A stretch of 62,338 nt of DNA, filler included, from Dugesia japonica (Eukaryota), in assembly GCA_001938525.1 (NCBI GenBank). It is 5 parts of 5 records of this genome, joined end to end, with 100 filler letters (N's around TTAATTAATTAA, not from the genome) between each part and the next. Parts side by side here need not be neighbours in the genome. Positions count along the whole stretch, not along the records: positions 48,177 to 62,338 come from MQRL01628998.1; 4 more parts are not named here. One strand, written 5' to 3'. Below the pieces are notes generated by a model, which saw only the letters and a program-made list of their open reading frames with translations, ran no database searches and was not told where the DNA came from. This document shows positions 48,555 through 62,338 of this stretch, one piece after another (the stretch's first letter is position 1; each line of letters begins with the position of its first letter). The position numbers and the translations under genes are program-made.

Positions 48555-50560
48555 CTATCTTCCATCCCCTTTTTAGGAATTTTTTGATCTTCTCTACGTT
48601 TCTTTCAAGACTTTTTCCCTTTGTATCTTTCAGGATGTAACGTCTGTCGTGAATCTTCGTCTTGATCTTATAGGGTCCTTCATAACGATCTTGGTTCTGG
48701 TTTCGACTTTCACTAAGACCTCATCACCGACATCGAATTGTTTTTTGGTTAGTTTTTCTTCATCTTGCTCTTTGTGCTCTTTTTGAGAATCAGTTTCGTA
48801 CCATTTTTCTATGTTTATTTTCTTCACAAATACGATTTCAGCAGAGCTTTCCCGACAACCATTTGTTTGGTAGCATTCAAAGCAAATTCTATTTCTGGCT
48901 CTATATGATCACTTTATTCATCATTTCCTGGAACTTACCTGGTGCAGCTGTAATTCCAAAAGGCATTCTTTTGAAATAAAATTGCCCTTCTTTGGTGGAA
49001 AAAGCCGTCTTCTCTTGAGAATCCTCAATGAGTTCCACTTGGTAATATGCATTTTCCTAGTCTATTGGGCTAAAATACTGTGTATTTTCCAAAGCATCCG
49101 GCATTTCATCCATGTTTGGCACAGGAAAAACTTGTCTTTCTGTTATTGCATTGAGCTGTTTAAAATCTAATCATAATCTTATATCTTTTTTTTCCTTTTT
49201 CTAAACGCAGATTAATGGCGTTAAAATTATTACTCCGGATGATACCATTATCATACAGATTCTTGATGGCCTCTTCAATTTTCTCTTGTAGATTCATTGG
49301 TTGACGATATGGTTTTATGTGGATTTGACCTCCGTTAGTGATTATTCGAAGCTTCGTTGAATGTGTGCATCCAATGTCCCAATTATCCGCCATAAATACA
49401 TCTTTATTATTTTGAATAATTGCCTTTAATCTATGATTTTTGTTAATTTCTAGAATCTCTATTTCATGTATCAATCGTTCACCCGTAATTATCTGCCTTC
49501 TAAATTTTGCCTCGATGTTGCAAACAAATCTTTCTCGACGATTATTCATATATCTACCCTGCACTTTTTTTGAAGATGATACCCAAAAGTATTCTGAGAT
49601 TCCACTCCACCAATTAGATCTGATATCAATTTCTCTACTTTTATAAACGTTACTTCCTTGCACACCTCTGAAACTACAACTTCAACACGTATCTTTCCAA
49701 TCGTATCCAATGAGCTGTTATTCGTGCAATGAAATCGTTCCTTGCTTTCCTCTAACATTGTTTCTCTGAGTCTATTAAATCATGTCATATTTATTACATT
49801 TATTCTTGCTCCTGTATCCAACAAACAATCAAACTGTTTATCCTAGATCATCACTGAAATGCTAGGTCTCCTTTGCATTTTATCATACAAAATTTCTACA
49901 TTCTGTTTCTCTTCAATTATTCCTATCACTTCTGCTTTGTTAACTTCCTCATCATTGAAACTTTATCGTTTTAGGAATATATAAACTTTTTTCTCACTTT
50001 ACTCGTCTCATCCCATTTCTCGGCCTCTTGAGGCTATTCAAATGGTATCTCGTTTAATGAATAGCTCAGATCAACTGCTTTACTAATGGCGTCCTGCCTT
50101 TTGGGTATTCTTTTCTTGGATTTTATTTTCTATTATGCTCTAAGAAAATCTGTATTCATTCTCATCATAAAATTCTTTTCGAATAGCATGAATTGGTTTG
50201 GTCCGACTCCAATCATTTGTTTTTTGTCCGCTTTTAGAATTGTATATTCTGTCTTCTAGTCTAGGTATATTAATGTTCGAATAACATTCTTCTGCTCTGT
50301 GACCTGGTCTTTTACATCTACCACATACAATTTCTGTGCACATCCTTCTAACATGACCAATCTTATCACACACAAAAGATTTTGGTGGTTTCTTGTCGAG
50401 GAAATTTTTACTTAAATGCCCTTTCTTGTGACAAGTCCAACATTCCACATGAGAATTTTTTGGACACTATCTTTTTGTATGCCCATAACTCTGACATGTC
50501 TAACACTGTGGTTTTGTTCTTTTAGTAATTCTCTCAATATTTTGTCTTCTTTCTCTGAAA
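48555..50560 (-). mobile_element. Internally deleted Ty3/gypsy element: zinc knuckles, protease, RT N-half, integrase tail, PPT
   Basis: CWTCHKKGH / CGRCKRPGHRAEEC; FDCLLDTGARINV; KPYRQP..LQEKIEEAIK; RMPFGITAAPGKFQ; FDVGDEVLVK; PPT AAAAAGGGGATGGAAGA at ~48558-48575. Confidence 0.9.
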
Positions 50561-50800
50561 CGTTTTTATTTATTATTTATTAAAATTAATTTTAACATTT
50601 ATTTATTTCATTAATTCTCATTTAAAAATTTCCGACAAAATTTCAACTGCTTTTAAAATTTTATTTATTAAAATTAATTTGATCCCATTGAAAACATTTT
50701 ATTATTTACTTAAATTTTTATTAAAAAATTTACGACAAAATCTCAGCTGACTTTCAAAAGTTTATTTATTAAAAAGTTAAACTTTATTATTCAATAATTT

Positions 50801-51007
50801 TGTTGGGTTACTAGGCTTTTGATGTTAACTATATTCACTCCTGCGTATCTAAATTTTGAATGCTATATGGTTTTTTAAAAGAAAAGATTGTCTGGGGGAT
50901 GATACCTAGTAACCACAGATACTTGTGATGTCTTCTCCTACATCACGATCCCCATTCCCGAGTTCAGCGAGACTACGCGGTATCTCGTCTTTGACAGAAA
51001 GTTCTGC
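50801..51007 (-). ncRNA. Structured LTR R/U5 RNA motif, copy B
   Basis: AAGAC-GAGA/UCUC hairpin-GCUGAAC...GGGGAU/AUCCCC stem, GUGAUGU/ACAUCAC hairpin; internal GGUUACUAGG is perfectly complementary to terminal CCUAGUAACC; ends in CCCAACA. Confidence 0.55.
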
Positions 51008-51196
51008 TTCAAATTCCATTCTGCTATATTTCTATATGCTTTTATCTCGTTCTATCCCAACAATTTTAATTTATCCTTAAACCAATATTTCTTTATTTAA
51101 ATTTTTCATCAATAATTTAAATCTCTCTTTTAAACAAAAGATTTTAAAAATAAGATTATCAATCACACAAAAATTTCAACTTGCTTTTAAAAACTG

Positions 51197-51500
51197 CTCA
51201 CATGGTTCATTAGCCTTTAATTTTATAGTTTCCTCCTTTATTCTAATTGTTGTTACTTTGTTCATTTGGACAGCTGTACATTCTTTAAATACTTTTGACA
51301 CAGTTTCTCGTAACTCTTCCATATCATATTCGTTTTTCAAATAATTTATGACTTTTCCGTGCCTGCGTGCACCAATAATTTATGGATTTCTTTTACCATT
51401 TGAATTTTCTTTTCTAATGGGATCCATATTTTGCCGTCTTTTGTTTTTATTATTTCTTCTATTAATAGAAACTTTTTATATCTTCCATTTTTTATTTCAT
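51197..51500 (-). mobile_element. Gypsy integrase zinc-finger fragment
   Basis: HKLLVHAG..KVINYLKNEYDMEELRETVSKVFKECTAVQMNK. Confidence 0.6.
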
Positions 51501-53569
51501 TCTGTATCTGTTAAATTTTTCCACGTTACTTTGCTATTTATATGTATCTGAACCTGATATACCATTAATTGTTCTTGTTTTATTATTATACGAGTTTAAG
51601 AGAAAATTCGTGCAAACAACGAAGTAATCCTGACGAGAATTTATTGAAAAATTCAGGTGTTTAACGAGAAATTTTATGCTAAAAATCTAATGAGGTTGGG
51701 GAGAAATAAGGTTTGACAGTTAATTAGAAAAGTCAAGCGGATAATGAGAAAACCAATGACAAAAGAGTTGACGAATGCATGTTGTTACCTAGAAAATTGT
51801 TGTTATTATTGTTTACACTTTTACTTCTATTATTTCCTTTGGTAATAATTGATAAATAAATAAAAACGATTTTAACTTTTATTTTTGATTTTTTCAATAA
51901 TTTAACTATTAGGCATAAATAATAAAAAGTTTAGCAATTCCCTCCAAAATGAATAATTTATTGTTTTAAAGCATTTGGTTTTATATAAACGTAATTAATT
52001 TAGTCTGAATTAGGATTTGTTTTGATTTTTTAAAATAAAATGAGAAACTACTTGATCGAAAAAAATATTTTGTTGAATACCCTAAATAATAAAAGTTATT
52101 TCAAGGTATTTTATAATTAGAAAAATTTAATTTGATAAGACTCGTTACAATTAACAAAAAATTTAGGTTTTTATTAATACAAATCAAAAACGTTGTCTTA
52201 CAATTTTAATTAATTGTTTTGAATTCGTCAATTATTAGTAAAATTCTTGAGAGAGCTCTGCATTATTGGGAACGAAAAAAATGGCTGTTTACACTGTTAT
52301 TTTTCCTGTTTCGTAATCCAGGAGTAGTGGACAAAGACATATTAGGCTGCAGGCCGAAAAATTTGATAAGGACTTGTTGTGCATGATAGTTCAATACATT
52401 TTATAATTTTGCATAAAGAGATTTTTCATGATGTCCAATTTATTTTAAAATTAACAGATGCATGATCACAAACAGAGCCATGGAAAGTTCAACAGATATA
52501 ATAGGCCATATATTGATGCAACCGGTTATTATTTTATCGAGTGGACAGTGGTGACAAGAAAGATATAAAATAATCAGCTAAAATTATCCAAGCTAAGAGC
52601 CGATCCGGATATTATGTCATTACAACTAGCCATTGCAGTGAGAGAAAATGGGGGAAGCTTTCAAGATAATAAGTAAAGAAGAATTCGTAAGAATACCAAG
52701 GAGGTGAATAATTGTAAAATGCTAGTTATGAAGGACAAATTGGATGAGCAGCGAGAACAAGAAGAAGAGCTCAAAATCTTGCAAGAGATGATGGGTCTAA
52801 ATATAATCTCGCCGTAAGAACTGAATAACGATGTATAAAACGTAGTTATAATTAATTGAATTGGAGTTTATTTTTTTGAGCCAGTTAAGTGATCTGTATA
52901 TCACGATTTAGAGTTGAATATTAATGTTAGGAGTTTTAGAGGCAACCGTGGGAAAGTTAAATGCCGATTATTTTTTATTAGACTTAATGCCATTTATATT
53001 TATGGTTGTGTGTAGTAATCTGTTATTGTTAAGCGGAAAAGAGAGAATTCATTTCTAGTTAAATTAATTTTAATTACGTCTTTATTAGTTTAGTGAATAA
53101 AACACAGAAGGGACAAATGTTAATGAAGGATGTAATAACAATGCAAAAGAGATGGAAGGATGAGAAGAGGGAATGACGCAAATAGGTGCTCAGATTGAAA
53201 GGAATTAATACTAAAACAGAAGGCAAATAAGCACAGCTAAAAGAGAAAGAACTTGCGCTTCAACAACCCAACAGATTAATTGCGGAGATCATCAAGATTT
53301 ATCGGACAGAGAGACCACAATGTTCAATTCACTTTAAACATTGTGGTTAAACTATCAGCTACCGAAAGAAGATGATATCAGAGAAAGCACGGTGGATCTG
53401 GACGCCTAAAATAAGAGAGATCAAACAAACAAGTAGATTGAACGCTTTTGATACTGTAAATAAATAATAAATGTTAGACACTCTGTAAAAGAAATAACTC
53501 ATTTCGGTTACGCATGACCATTTTTGTTATTTGAATTAATGTCTGTGATGATAGATTACGGAGCAAAAT

Positions 53570-53777
53570 TATTACTGTGGTTCATAACAGCAGAAAGTAA
53601 GACGCGATACTGCAAAGTTGCGCTGAACCGGTTTAATGAGGGTCATGTGAAAGGGGTGATATAAACGTTTGAAGTTTTCAGTTATGCCCCTAGATTGATA
53701 AAAAACGACAAAATAAATGACAATAAAATTCGAGAAGAGAAAGTTAATTAAAACACCAAAATTCTAGAAAACCAACA
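53570..53777 (+). ncRNA. Structured LTR R/U5 RNA motif, copy C (degraded)
   Basis: AAGAC-GCGA/UUGC hairpin-GCUGAACC...AAUGAGGG...GUUUUCAG..AUGCCCCUAG; ends in CCAACA at 53777. Confidence 0.45.
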
Positions 53778-56207
53778 TATAATTAAATAAAACTTGATAC
53801 ATTTTTATATGAATAAAATAAAAGTTAACGCTTTTTTATTAAAATTAAATAATAGGTATCATTTTTTTAAAATAAAATTTGTTACTTATTAATAAAAATT
53901 ATTTAAAATTTACTTGTTAAAAAAACTATTTACTTATTAGTTTTTATATAATTTCATAAGGTATTTATGCAATAATTTTAAGTTATTTATTTGGAAAAGT
54001 TCCACGCTTTTATGATTTTTTAAAGATAAGTTCTATTTTAAATAATTTAGCACCTCTTCGATTATTTTTTATTATATTTTAAAATAATAATATACATAGA
54101 CTCCCCTCTATCTTTATTTGGATTATATATTTTATAATAAAAATATGCAAAGACCTCTGAATATATTATCATAGAAAATCAAATATTTAATCAATTATTA
54201 GATTTTCCTTTCTTAGTTTTTTTAAATCTTTCATATTGAATTTTAGAATACCCTGAGAATATAAACTCTCCAAGCATAGATATATAGATCATCATGATCA
54301 TTTAAGAATATCTATTCAAAAATAAATCAGTATTGCAACACATATGCATCAAGCATGCACCAGAAAAGCACGTGCCAATATAATTTTAGACTCCCTGGTA
54401 CTTTAAAATATCAAAACTATCTAAAAACCAACTCAAACGCAACACCATCACCTGGCTCAACTCACCATTTTTCCCATAATATATAAATTTCCCAAAATCC
54501 AACAAAAACTCTTTACATCACATTCCTTTTTAACAAAAATGCTTGATAACTCATCACTGCAGTGCCATTCTGACCTAAGTCTGTAAACCTCAAGAGCATT
54601 TTAGCTCATAACTATCTTTAACAACCAATAGACCTATTTCGAGGGCCCAGTCAAATCAACCACAGAAACCCAAAAATCGATACCCCACACATCCACACAG
54701 TCAATCTGTTGTTAATTTCGTTTTTTCAATATACAATGACACAAACACACACCAGCTCTATATTTTTTGCACGCCAATGTGCACCTGCACTTTGCACGCA
54801 TAATTGCAACCAAAAATTTTTTTAAAAAAATTTTAAAAAAACTAAAACAATATTTAAAATTCCCGCAAAACTACTTGTCCAATATTAATTAAAACAAAAC
54901 AAATGAAAATATTTCAAATCATATCCAATCAAAAAAATTTTAATCAATCTATCATACCGGAATCAATAGTCAATCAGATCGGAAATCTAAATAACGATCC
55001 GCAGGGTTCTTGAATTAACCAATCAGATTAGTGGTGTCATGCTAGTCTATCTACATACTATTTATTCATGTTGAAAATTAATAATTTAATATTGTTTAAA
55101 ATAATTATTTATAACAAAGCATATATTTGAAAACTATTAATAATACTAATGATTGCTAATGTTAGGGTGAAACACTTGAGATTAAGAAGTAGGCCAGCAA
55201 TTGGGTGCACCTGAAATTTGAAAGGATGTCACAAGAAAGAAGACAAAGAACGCAGAAAAAGGAGGGAATTAGACCAGTTACCGAAAGGAATAATTGAAGA
55301 GGAAACCAAAATAACGAAACTAAATATGGAAAATGATCCGTAACTTAGTGAGTTACAAAATAGAAAAGAAATGTTGGAAGAGAAAAAGCGGGCTGAGAAA
55401 ACAGAGAAAGGAAGATTGATGGCGGAAGAGGGTAATTAATTTAATGAGAGAAGGAGAGTCGAGGGAAATAATCAACTTACAGAAAATGAATTGAATGAAT
55501 TAATTAGTAAAAGAAAACAGTAAATTGAGTTGATTTCGAGGCGGAAAACAGAGTGGTGAACCTAGAATTGATATTATGGAAGAGAATAAAATGAATAATT
55601 TGTTTATTTGAATGAAATAAATCGAACAATTTGGAATGGATTGTTTTTGAATGAAAAATGATTGTTTCGTGAAAAGTGGCCGAAATGACGACTTCCCATG
55701 GTGAGGGGATTGGTAATTAAGAGATTCTGGTCAAGAGGAAATCGGAGATCTTGAAAATCTGAGATCTTGAAAATCTGAGTTGGGGAATCGTTATGAGTCT
55801 CGGAAAAGGGATGCAGGGGTTTGAGGGTGGACCAATGGAGTCGAAATCTAGGGGTATCAACCAATAAAGATAACGCGTGTGACCATCTGGCCAATAAAAG
55901 CGCCAAGAATTTATATCCACCAATAAAATAAACGAGGGTGTAGAAAAAACTGGTATAAATACCGATGTAATTTTCACAAAAATATACAATTTTTTCAAGG
56001 AAATACGGAAATTAAAACGAAATTAACACAAAAGGTGATTATTTATGCGATTCGATTGATGATTCAACGAATTCCGACTAGATTGCTAAGACTTATTATT
56101 ATGGAGAAGCTCTGGACTCACTATTGGATAGGAATGAAATGGATGTTATTGTTGAGTTTATAAGTCACAAATAACATGCAAAACATAACAACATGCAAAA
56201 CAAAACA

Positions 56208-56262
56208 CAACAGAATATCGGAACAAATCCTCAAACAGAATATCAGAACAAATCCTCAAACC
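56208..56262. repeat. 25-bp tandem duplication
   Basis: acagaatatc(g/a)gaacaaatcctcaa x2. Confidence 0.85.
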
Positions 56263-57259
56263 AAAAAAGCAAAGCAATCAAATCCCAAACAGAGCCAACC
56301 AATTTGATCTATATCTGACAATTATTTAATTGAATCGAACAATTTATTTTATTTCATGTTGTTTATCTGAACTATTAAATCAAACAGTTTATAATTCATG
56401 AATTAAATAATGTATTGGTTTTATTTTTAATTCTGAATTTATTTTTATTTTTTAGTTTTATTTTGTTTTATTTTTATTTTTGGAAAAAAACAATTTTATT
56501 TTATTTTATTTTGGAAAAACAATTTAAATTTTGTACAGTTATTTTGAAAAAAGCAATTTATTTTTTGTAAAAAAATATTTGAAAAATAAATTTTTATTGT
56601 AAAATGCTGAGATTTTTATTGTAGGTGTATCAGACCTACCCATGTAAGATTAGTATAAATACTAATCAGTTTTAGTGTAAGAGCAGACATTTAAATTACA
56701 GAAGGCTCCGAACTCTAAGTGAGGCAGTACTTCTGGTAATTAAAATTAGCTCATAAGGTTTAAGGTGATCATTGTGTAACGATCAATTATATATCCCAAA
56801 ATAATAAAAGTATTTAAAAAGGTGAATCTTATTTATTTACATAAGGAACCCCACATATAACCTTATTTATAATTTTGATAATATATTACAACTATATAGT
56901 ATTGTATTAACATATATTTGAAAACAAATAAAGAATTTTAACACCCGTAAAATCTTATTTATATTTGTACGAACCATAAAATCTTTTTGTTGAGTTCGAA
57001 TACCCAACATTATGATCTTGTGCTTGATCCGGTTTGGGATTCAGGACACGTTAGTTTTGTTAATTATGTTAATTGTTAGTTTATTATACCCCAAGTGAAA
57101 TTTAAATCATATAATATATTTTTCACTTATAAATTCTTTTGTTTTCCGAATTGATAAATAGCTATTATAATTATAATCAAATATAAAGTGACCGAAGTAA
57201 GGAATACCCCACAAAACGGAGAATTGTCGGTGGAAAATTGTAAAAGCTAATTGTGATTA

Positions 57260-57494
57260 GTAAACTAAGCGAGTATCATGTAAAACGAACCCGAACCAAG
57301 GGAATGCGAGTCTGTACTCGAGTTACGAGTCAGCGGCTTCATTCCGAAGATCTGGATATTTTGGGGAACACCAGATTCAAATTCATCGCGAGATTTTACG
57401 AGATCAGTTACCCTAGACTTAATTTTATAGATGGTTCGACCCCCCTAGATTTAATCATATAAGAAATCAGTCTACCTAGGGTAAAACCCCAACA
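57260..57494 (+). mobile_element. 3' end of an LTR with a hairpin-rich U5, abutting the second TBP-like gene
   Basis: Ends in CCCCAACA; hairpins ggaatg/cattcc and atctgg/ccagat; ttaccctag (57408-57416) complementary to terminal ctagggtaa (57476-57484). Confidence 0.6.
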
Positions 57495-57940
57495 CTAATA
57501 TTAATTATAAAGGGCAAGTATCTCAAGAAATCACTAGTAAAATGAAATTTCCTATCGATAAAGCATCACAAATAGTTGATAAGTGGAAAGTATACAATTA
57601 TTTTATTTAAATCAGGGAATTGTAGAATCATGGGATGCAAGAAACCAATAGAAATGAAGCGTTTACAATATTATATTAAAAACACTCAGTAACAATCTTT
57701 AAATATTGTAGTCAATTTGAAACAATCAGTCAATTTGCATACATTAGCAATAATAACAAAGTGTATGTATGAACCTAAATAATTTCAAGTATTGAAACTT
57801 CCTTAATACACTCCTACATAAGTTAATGTATTTGCTATTGGAAAGTTGTAATACTTGGTTTCAAGAATTTATATTATCAGAATCAAGTTTATAATATAAT
57901 ATTAGATTTAAACAGTTTAATCGAGAAAATACAATACTAG
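57495..57940 (+). pseudogene. Compact TBP-like gene, copy 2 (5' end cut by an LTR; several stops and frameshifts)
   Basis: NINYKGQVSQEITSKMKFPIDK...TIILFKSGNCRIMGCKKP...QSLNIVVNLKQSVNL...CMYEPK*FQVL.....VNVFAIGK.VILGFKNLYYQ; collinear with copy 1. Confidence 0.82.
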
Positions 57941-60900
57941 TGCAACACAAATGAATGAAAACAATAAATAATGTGTTATTAAATAAATCTTGTCACGTAA
58001 AATTAACAAAGTAGTTTATAGCTTAATTAAAACTAAAAACAAAATAGAGTTTTAAAAAAATTTATTAATAAAACTCTTGCAGTTTTTATCTTCCAAATAA
58101 AGATAATTGTACTGTTATATCTTATGAATCCTTTGAATACTACAATTATCAAGTACTTTTTATCAAACGTATAGCTATTTTCATTCGATTCCTAATCATT
58201 TATAAATGGTATATCATCTATTTTAATATATTATAAATTCTTGATAAAAGATTGTTAATTATTGCCTTGTCTTCTGTATTCATTTCCAATATTTGCATAT
58301 TAAATGAATATATTTTTAGTTTAACCAGATCCTAAATTAAAATGATAACAGTAATAATAGTTATAAATTTTAATTGGAATGCATTAATAATCGACCTTAG
58401 GAAGAAATCTATCTTTAACTGATAAAAATCTCAAGGAATTTGAGAATAAATTACAATTATCATAACATTTTCCTTGTCGCGTGAATATTTCAGACTTTTT
58501 TAATTCCCAAATTGGTTTTGTAACATTATCTATTTATCAATATCCTATTATATCCACTGTGATTATAGATTTGTTGATGATTATTTTCTTTGAATCAATG
58601 TAAGGGCTATCCTTTATTGACATTGTATTGTCAAATTTTGATAGAATATCTTTAATAGCCATTTGATTAGTTATGCTGTTTGTTAAATACAAGCTGTATT
58701 TAGATTTCAGTACATTAACTTGTTCCTAAATGAATAAGTGCAATTATAAAAGAAAGTATTACTTGAAACGAATAAGTGATTGGTTTGTCGAAGTAGGACT
58801 TCATCAATTCAATATCAATATTTGTTGCACTATCTTTCGATTCTTGCATTTTCATTAATGAAATATTGTAAATTGTTTTAATTTATATGGTAACTAGTTA
58901 CGTGTGCACATGATTTGTAATACCTTAGATTATGTACTGTGTGATTAGTAATTTTTTGTTAAACCATCAACCCTATGATATGAAATTTTTTTATTTCTAT
59001 GCAGGTGTGTATAATTAATTGATTTTAAATAATATAAACGAAGATTTAATTGTTCAACTTATTGACCATGAATATTGATAAATTTTAGGTAGTATGGTTG
59101 AGTAAATCGATATTAATTATTCAGTTTTCATGGAACCAGTTAAATTTGAGAAAGAAGTTAACTTGGCTGATATTTTACTGGGAAAATTAGCGATTTATGA
59201 AAAAACTATTGATCAAAGCAATAACATGTAGTATTTAATTAATTATTATTTCAATAGTTAAATGCATTTTTAGTGTGTCAATACAAACTAGTACAATATC
59301 ATCCAACTTGAATGTGTTAAGATTAAATATTTATTTAAATAAATCTTGTTATATCAATAATCTCTATATATTCCCACTATAACTACGCATGTTTTGAGAA
59401 AAGTACAGATTTTTTAATTCTTCCTGAGCAATTTTTCGACAATTTCGAACCGAAATCAAAAGAAATTTCTTACTAGCCCAATGAAATCATTAACCACTTT
59501 ACCTGAGAGGATGAGGAGGCTAAGTGCGCCACTATCAATATTCTAGTTTATATTTTCAATCTTGCTTCCTAAAATTCCATTATCGAAGAAAACTAAAATT
59601 ATTTTTTCAAAATGAATACTTTCAATTTCAAAGTTTATAATTTTGAGTACTCGTTGGATTATCAACATCAAAATTCAACTCCATAAAATTTATTTCAAAT
59701 AAAATCTATAAGATAACTATTTGTTTATTCAAAAAAATAATAACCCATGCTTCAATTGGGAATTATTTTCCAATAAATTTAATATTTATTTCTTAAATTT
59801 TAAAATAAACAACCATTCACAATTAAAATATTTATTTTTAATTTCCTAAACTTTTAAATAAATAAAATATTTTAATTGATCTTTTACACATAATTTTTTT
59901 ACTAAACATTAATTTAATTTTCTTTACTTTCTTGATTAATTTGTGACTTCAATTTTTAATTAAAAGATTAAAAAAATTCGCTTCAAAACACACTCACAGT
60001 TCATATTTCAGTCTTGTAAATTTTCCATTACATTTTATGGTTTATCGAATTTTTTTAATTATTTAAAAGTCCTTAGATTTTCGTGTTCATCGTATTTCTT
60101 TAAATTCGATTCAATTATTTTTGAATTTTTAACTTTATTCTTATTTAAGATTTCTTTTGCCATTTAAATGATTTAAATTTTATTTTTGAATTTTACTTTA
60201 TTTGAAGGACTTATTTTCTTCGAATCTCTCTGTTCCACTTTTTTTACAAATTCCTAATTTTTAAACATTCATCTTTTTTCTTAAAAATATCAACAATTTT
60301 TGATTAAATTTCTAGAGAATTTTAATTGTTGGTATCATGTTTTCAATATCTCGATCCTTTATTAAAAATAACTTTTATAAAATCTTCAGTGATTTCATTG
60401 CTTTAAAATTTTTCTATATTGATAATATTTTCAGATTTTTTGAAAATATTATTAATTTTTATAATTTCAATTTTTCTATGATTTTTTAGCATATTTTAAC
60501 CCATCACTTTTTGATTTACAATTTTCTATTACAAAGTTGAGCGAATTACTCTCAAATTGTCATCATTACTATGTTATCATTGGAAGCTTATTTTTAAAAG
60601 CAATTTTCGCTACGAAGCAAGAATTGATATTTATTATTATTATTAAATCTAAAATAATTACAGATTTTCTTTGAGTATTTTATTTGAGTACACGAATAAA
60701 GAAATTATTGCGAAACATTGTAAAAATATTACTTTCCAAATACGCTTTTTTTATATTTACTTTTGTTCAATTGATAGGTACTCTGACTGTTTTAAAATAT
60801 ATGTTTAGTTAAAAATACGATAGTACATAAAATTAATTGCGTTTTTTTTTTAACAGAAAACTCAATTAATGTTAATTTGTATAATAGCATATTGTGTAAT

Positions 60901-62338
60901 ATTTAAGTAAAAAAATAAATATAGATATGTATACATATATAGATATACATAGTTATTTCTAACTGTTTTTCTGAATTAGTAATCTTATTCGAATAAAATG
61001 CGCGTGTATTCAGGTAAGACTATAATTTGTTATTATCGAAAATTTTTGTCATACAAAGCATTTAATGAAAGCCCGACAATCTTTTAACTACCTTTTCTTT
61101 TTGTCGTGGTGATAATTCTAGTTTGTAATTTGGGTGAAGTACATTGTGAGTGTTTTGAAAAGCGAGTTGAAATTTTTGTGTGATTGGTTAAAAGATTTAA
61201 ATTTTAGATGAAAAATTTAAATAACGACTATTTGCTTTTTAAATTTGGAATGAAAATTAAGTAATAAATTAAAATTCTCGAATAAATGAATACTTGGTTT
61301 TAAATTTTAAGACGACGATTGAATAATAAAGTAAAATTTTTAAATAAATTTTAAATAATTTAAAAAGATGATCACCAATTAAAACACGGGATTTTAATTT
61401 GTTTGAAGAAACCAATAATTATGCTATAATTTTTTTTTTGAATAAATTTTGGTATTGGTGATCCGATGAGTACTCCAAACTCATCTAACATACAAAAAAA
61501 TTTTGGAAAAATATTTTTAAAATTTTTTTTAAAAAATTGCGAGAAAATGAAGCATTTTTTAATAGTAGTTCTTTAGGTAATTGATAGATAGATTTTAATT
61601 GTCTATCGAACGATATATAAGATTCAATTCAAAATGGCGGGCGTAGGAGGTTTTATTTCTTAGATTTTTAATAACTTTCTACGGCCATCTTTAATTTAAT
61701 TTTTATATTTAATTAAATTTATTAACAAATAATTTATTTTCTATAATGCATTAAATAATTGTATTATTTCCATTAATTAATAAAAATTATTTACAAAAAA
61801 ATCCAAACTTGTATCGTGAAACCGTGGAAAAAGAAATCTCCTTTTCTTTCCTTTTCGTATCACGACACTCCTAATCAAGAAACCTACATCATATAAAACC
61901 TAATAATAGTTTTTAAAACGTAATTAACAATTTAATAAAAATGTTGAAAAATTTATAATAAAATTAAAAATCATTAACAATTTTTTTTTTAGATATTTTT
62001 CTTAAAATTTTACCTTATTACATAAAAATAAATTCGAATTGGCAGCACAACTAAATTTACGAATTTTTCTCTTTGATATAAATAAATCTAAATGCATATA
62101 AATAATAACAAATGAAATTTTAATGAAAAAAATAATCGATAAGTTATATTTAACGAAATCGTTTTTGAAATGTATCGTCTTCCAATAAATCTTTACTATC
62201 TGCTTTAAAATCTGACTCAACCCATTTTCTTTTAAGAAATGCCAGTGCCAACCCAATTTGTTTTCCTGTGATGAAGTATTATTTATTTATTCGGTCAAAA
62301 TATTAATTATTGTATTAATTATATTTGATAATTAATTA

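Noticed and set aside
51624-51660. CTGACGA...GAAA hammerhead-like sequence
   Set aside because: Stems I and II do not pair convincingly
58080-58950. Possible decayed helicase (IDEVLLRQ) downstream of TBP-like copy 2
   Set aside because: One short motif among many stops; not supportable without a profile search

Overview
Very AT-rich, repeat-dominated eukaryotic DNA. A freshwater planarian-like invertebrate is my inference from the composition, a 44-nt intron and the TE repertoire. The window is NOT one contiguous locus: four identical artificial 100-bp spacers (N44-TTAATTAATTAA-N44 at 10918-11017, 19526-19625, 35676-35775, 48077-48176) join five independent scaffolds. Host-type sequence is sparse: two exons of a Cu-transporting P1B ATPase (ATP7-type), a ubiquitin-like ORF, a probable nuclear-receptor LBD pseudogene fragment and a decayed 5S rRNA copy. 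The rest is decayed mobile DNA: Maverick/Polinton, Ty3/gypsy, Penelope with minimal hammerhead ribozymes, IS630/Tc1, mariner, MULE and hAT. Three things stand out. (1) A Maverick/Polinton cassette (packaging ATPase, small basic core ORF, integrase chromodomain, minor capsid) carries a compact TATA-binding-protein-like gene, and a second, diverged copy of that gene lies on another scaffold. (2) A large tRNA-Pro-primed gypsy-type element has a decayed ~2,500-aa polyprotein with three tandem helical+Ubl-like repeats and further SUMO/ubiquitin-like modules between Gag and Pol, plus an extra upstream ORF. (3) A covarying multi-stem RNA motif recurs at the 3' (U5) end of several divergent LTRs and pairs with the LTR terminus. 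All protein assignments come from motif recognition by eye; no database searches were run.
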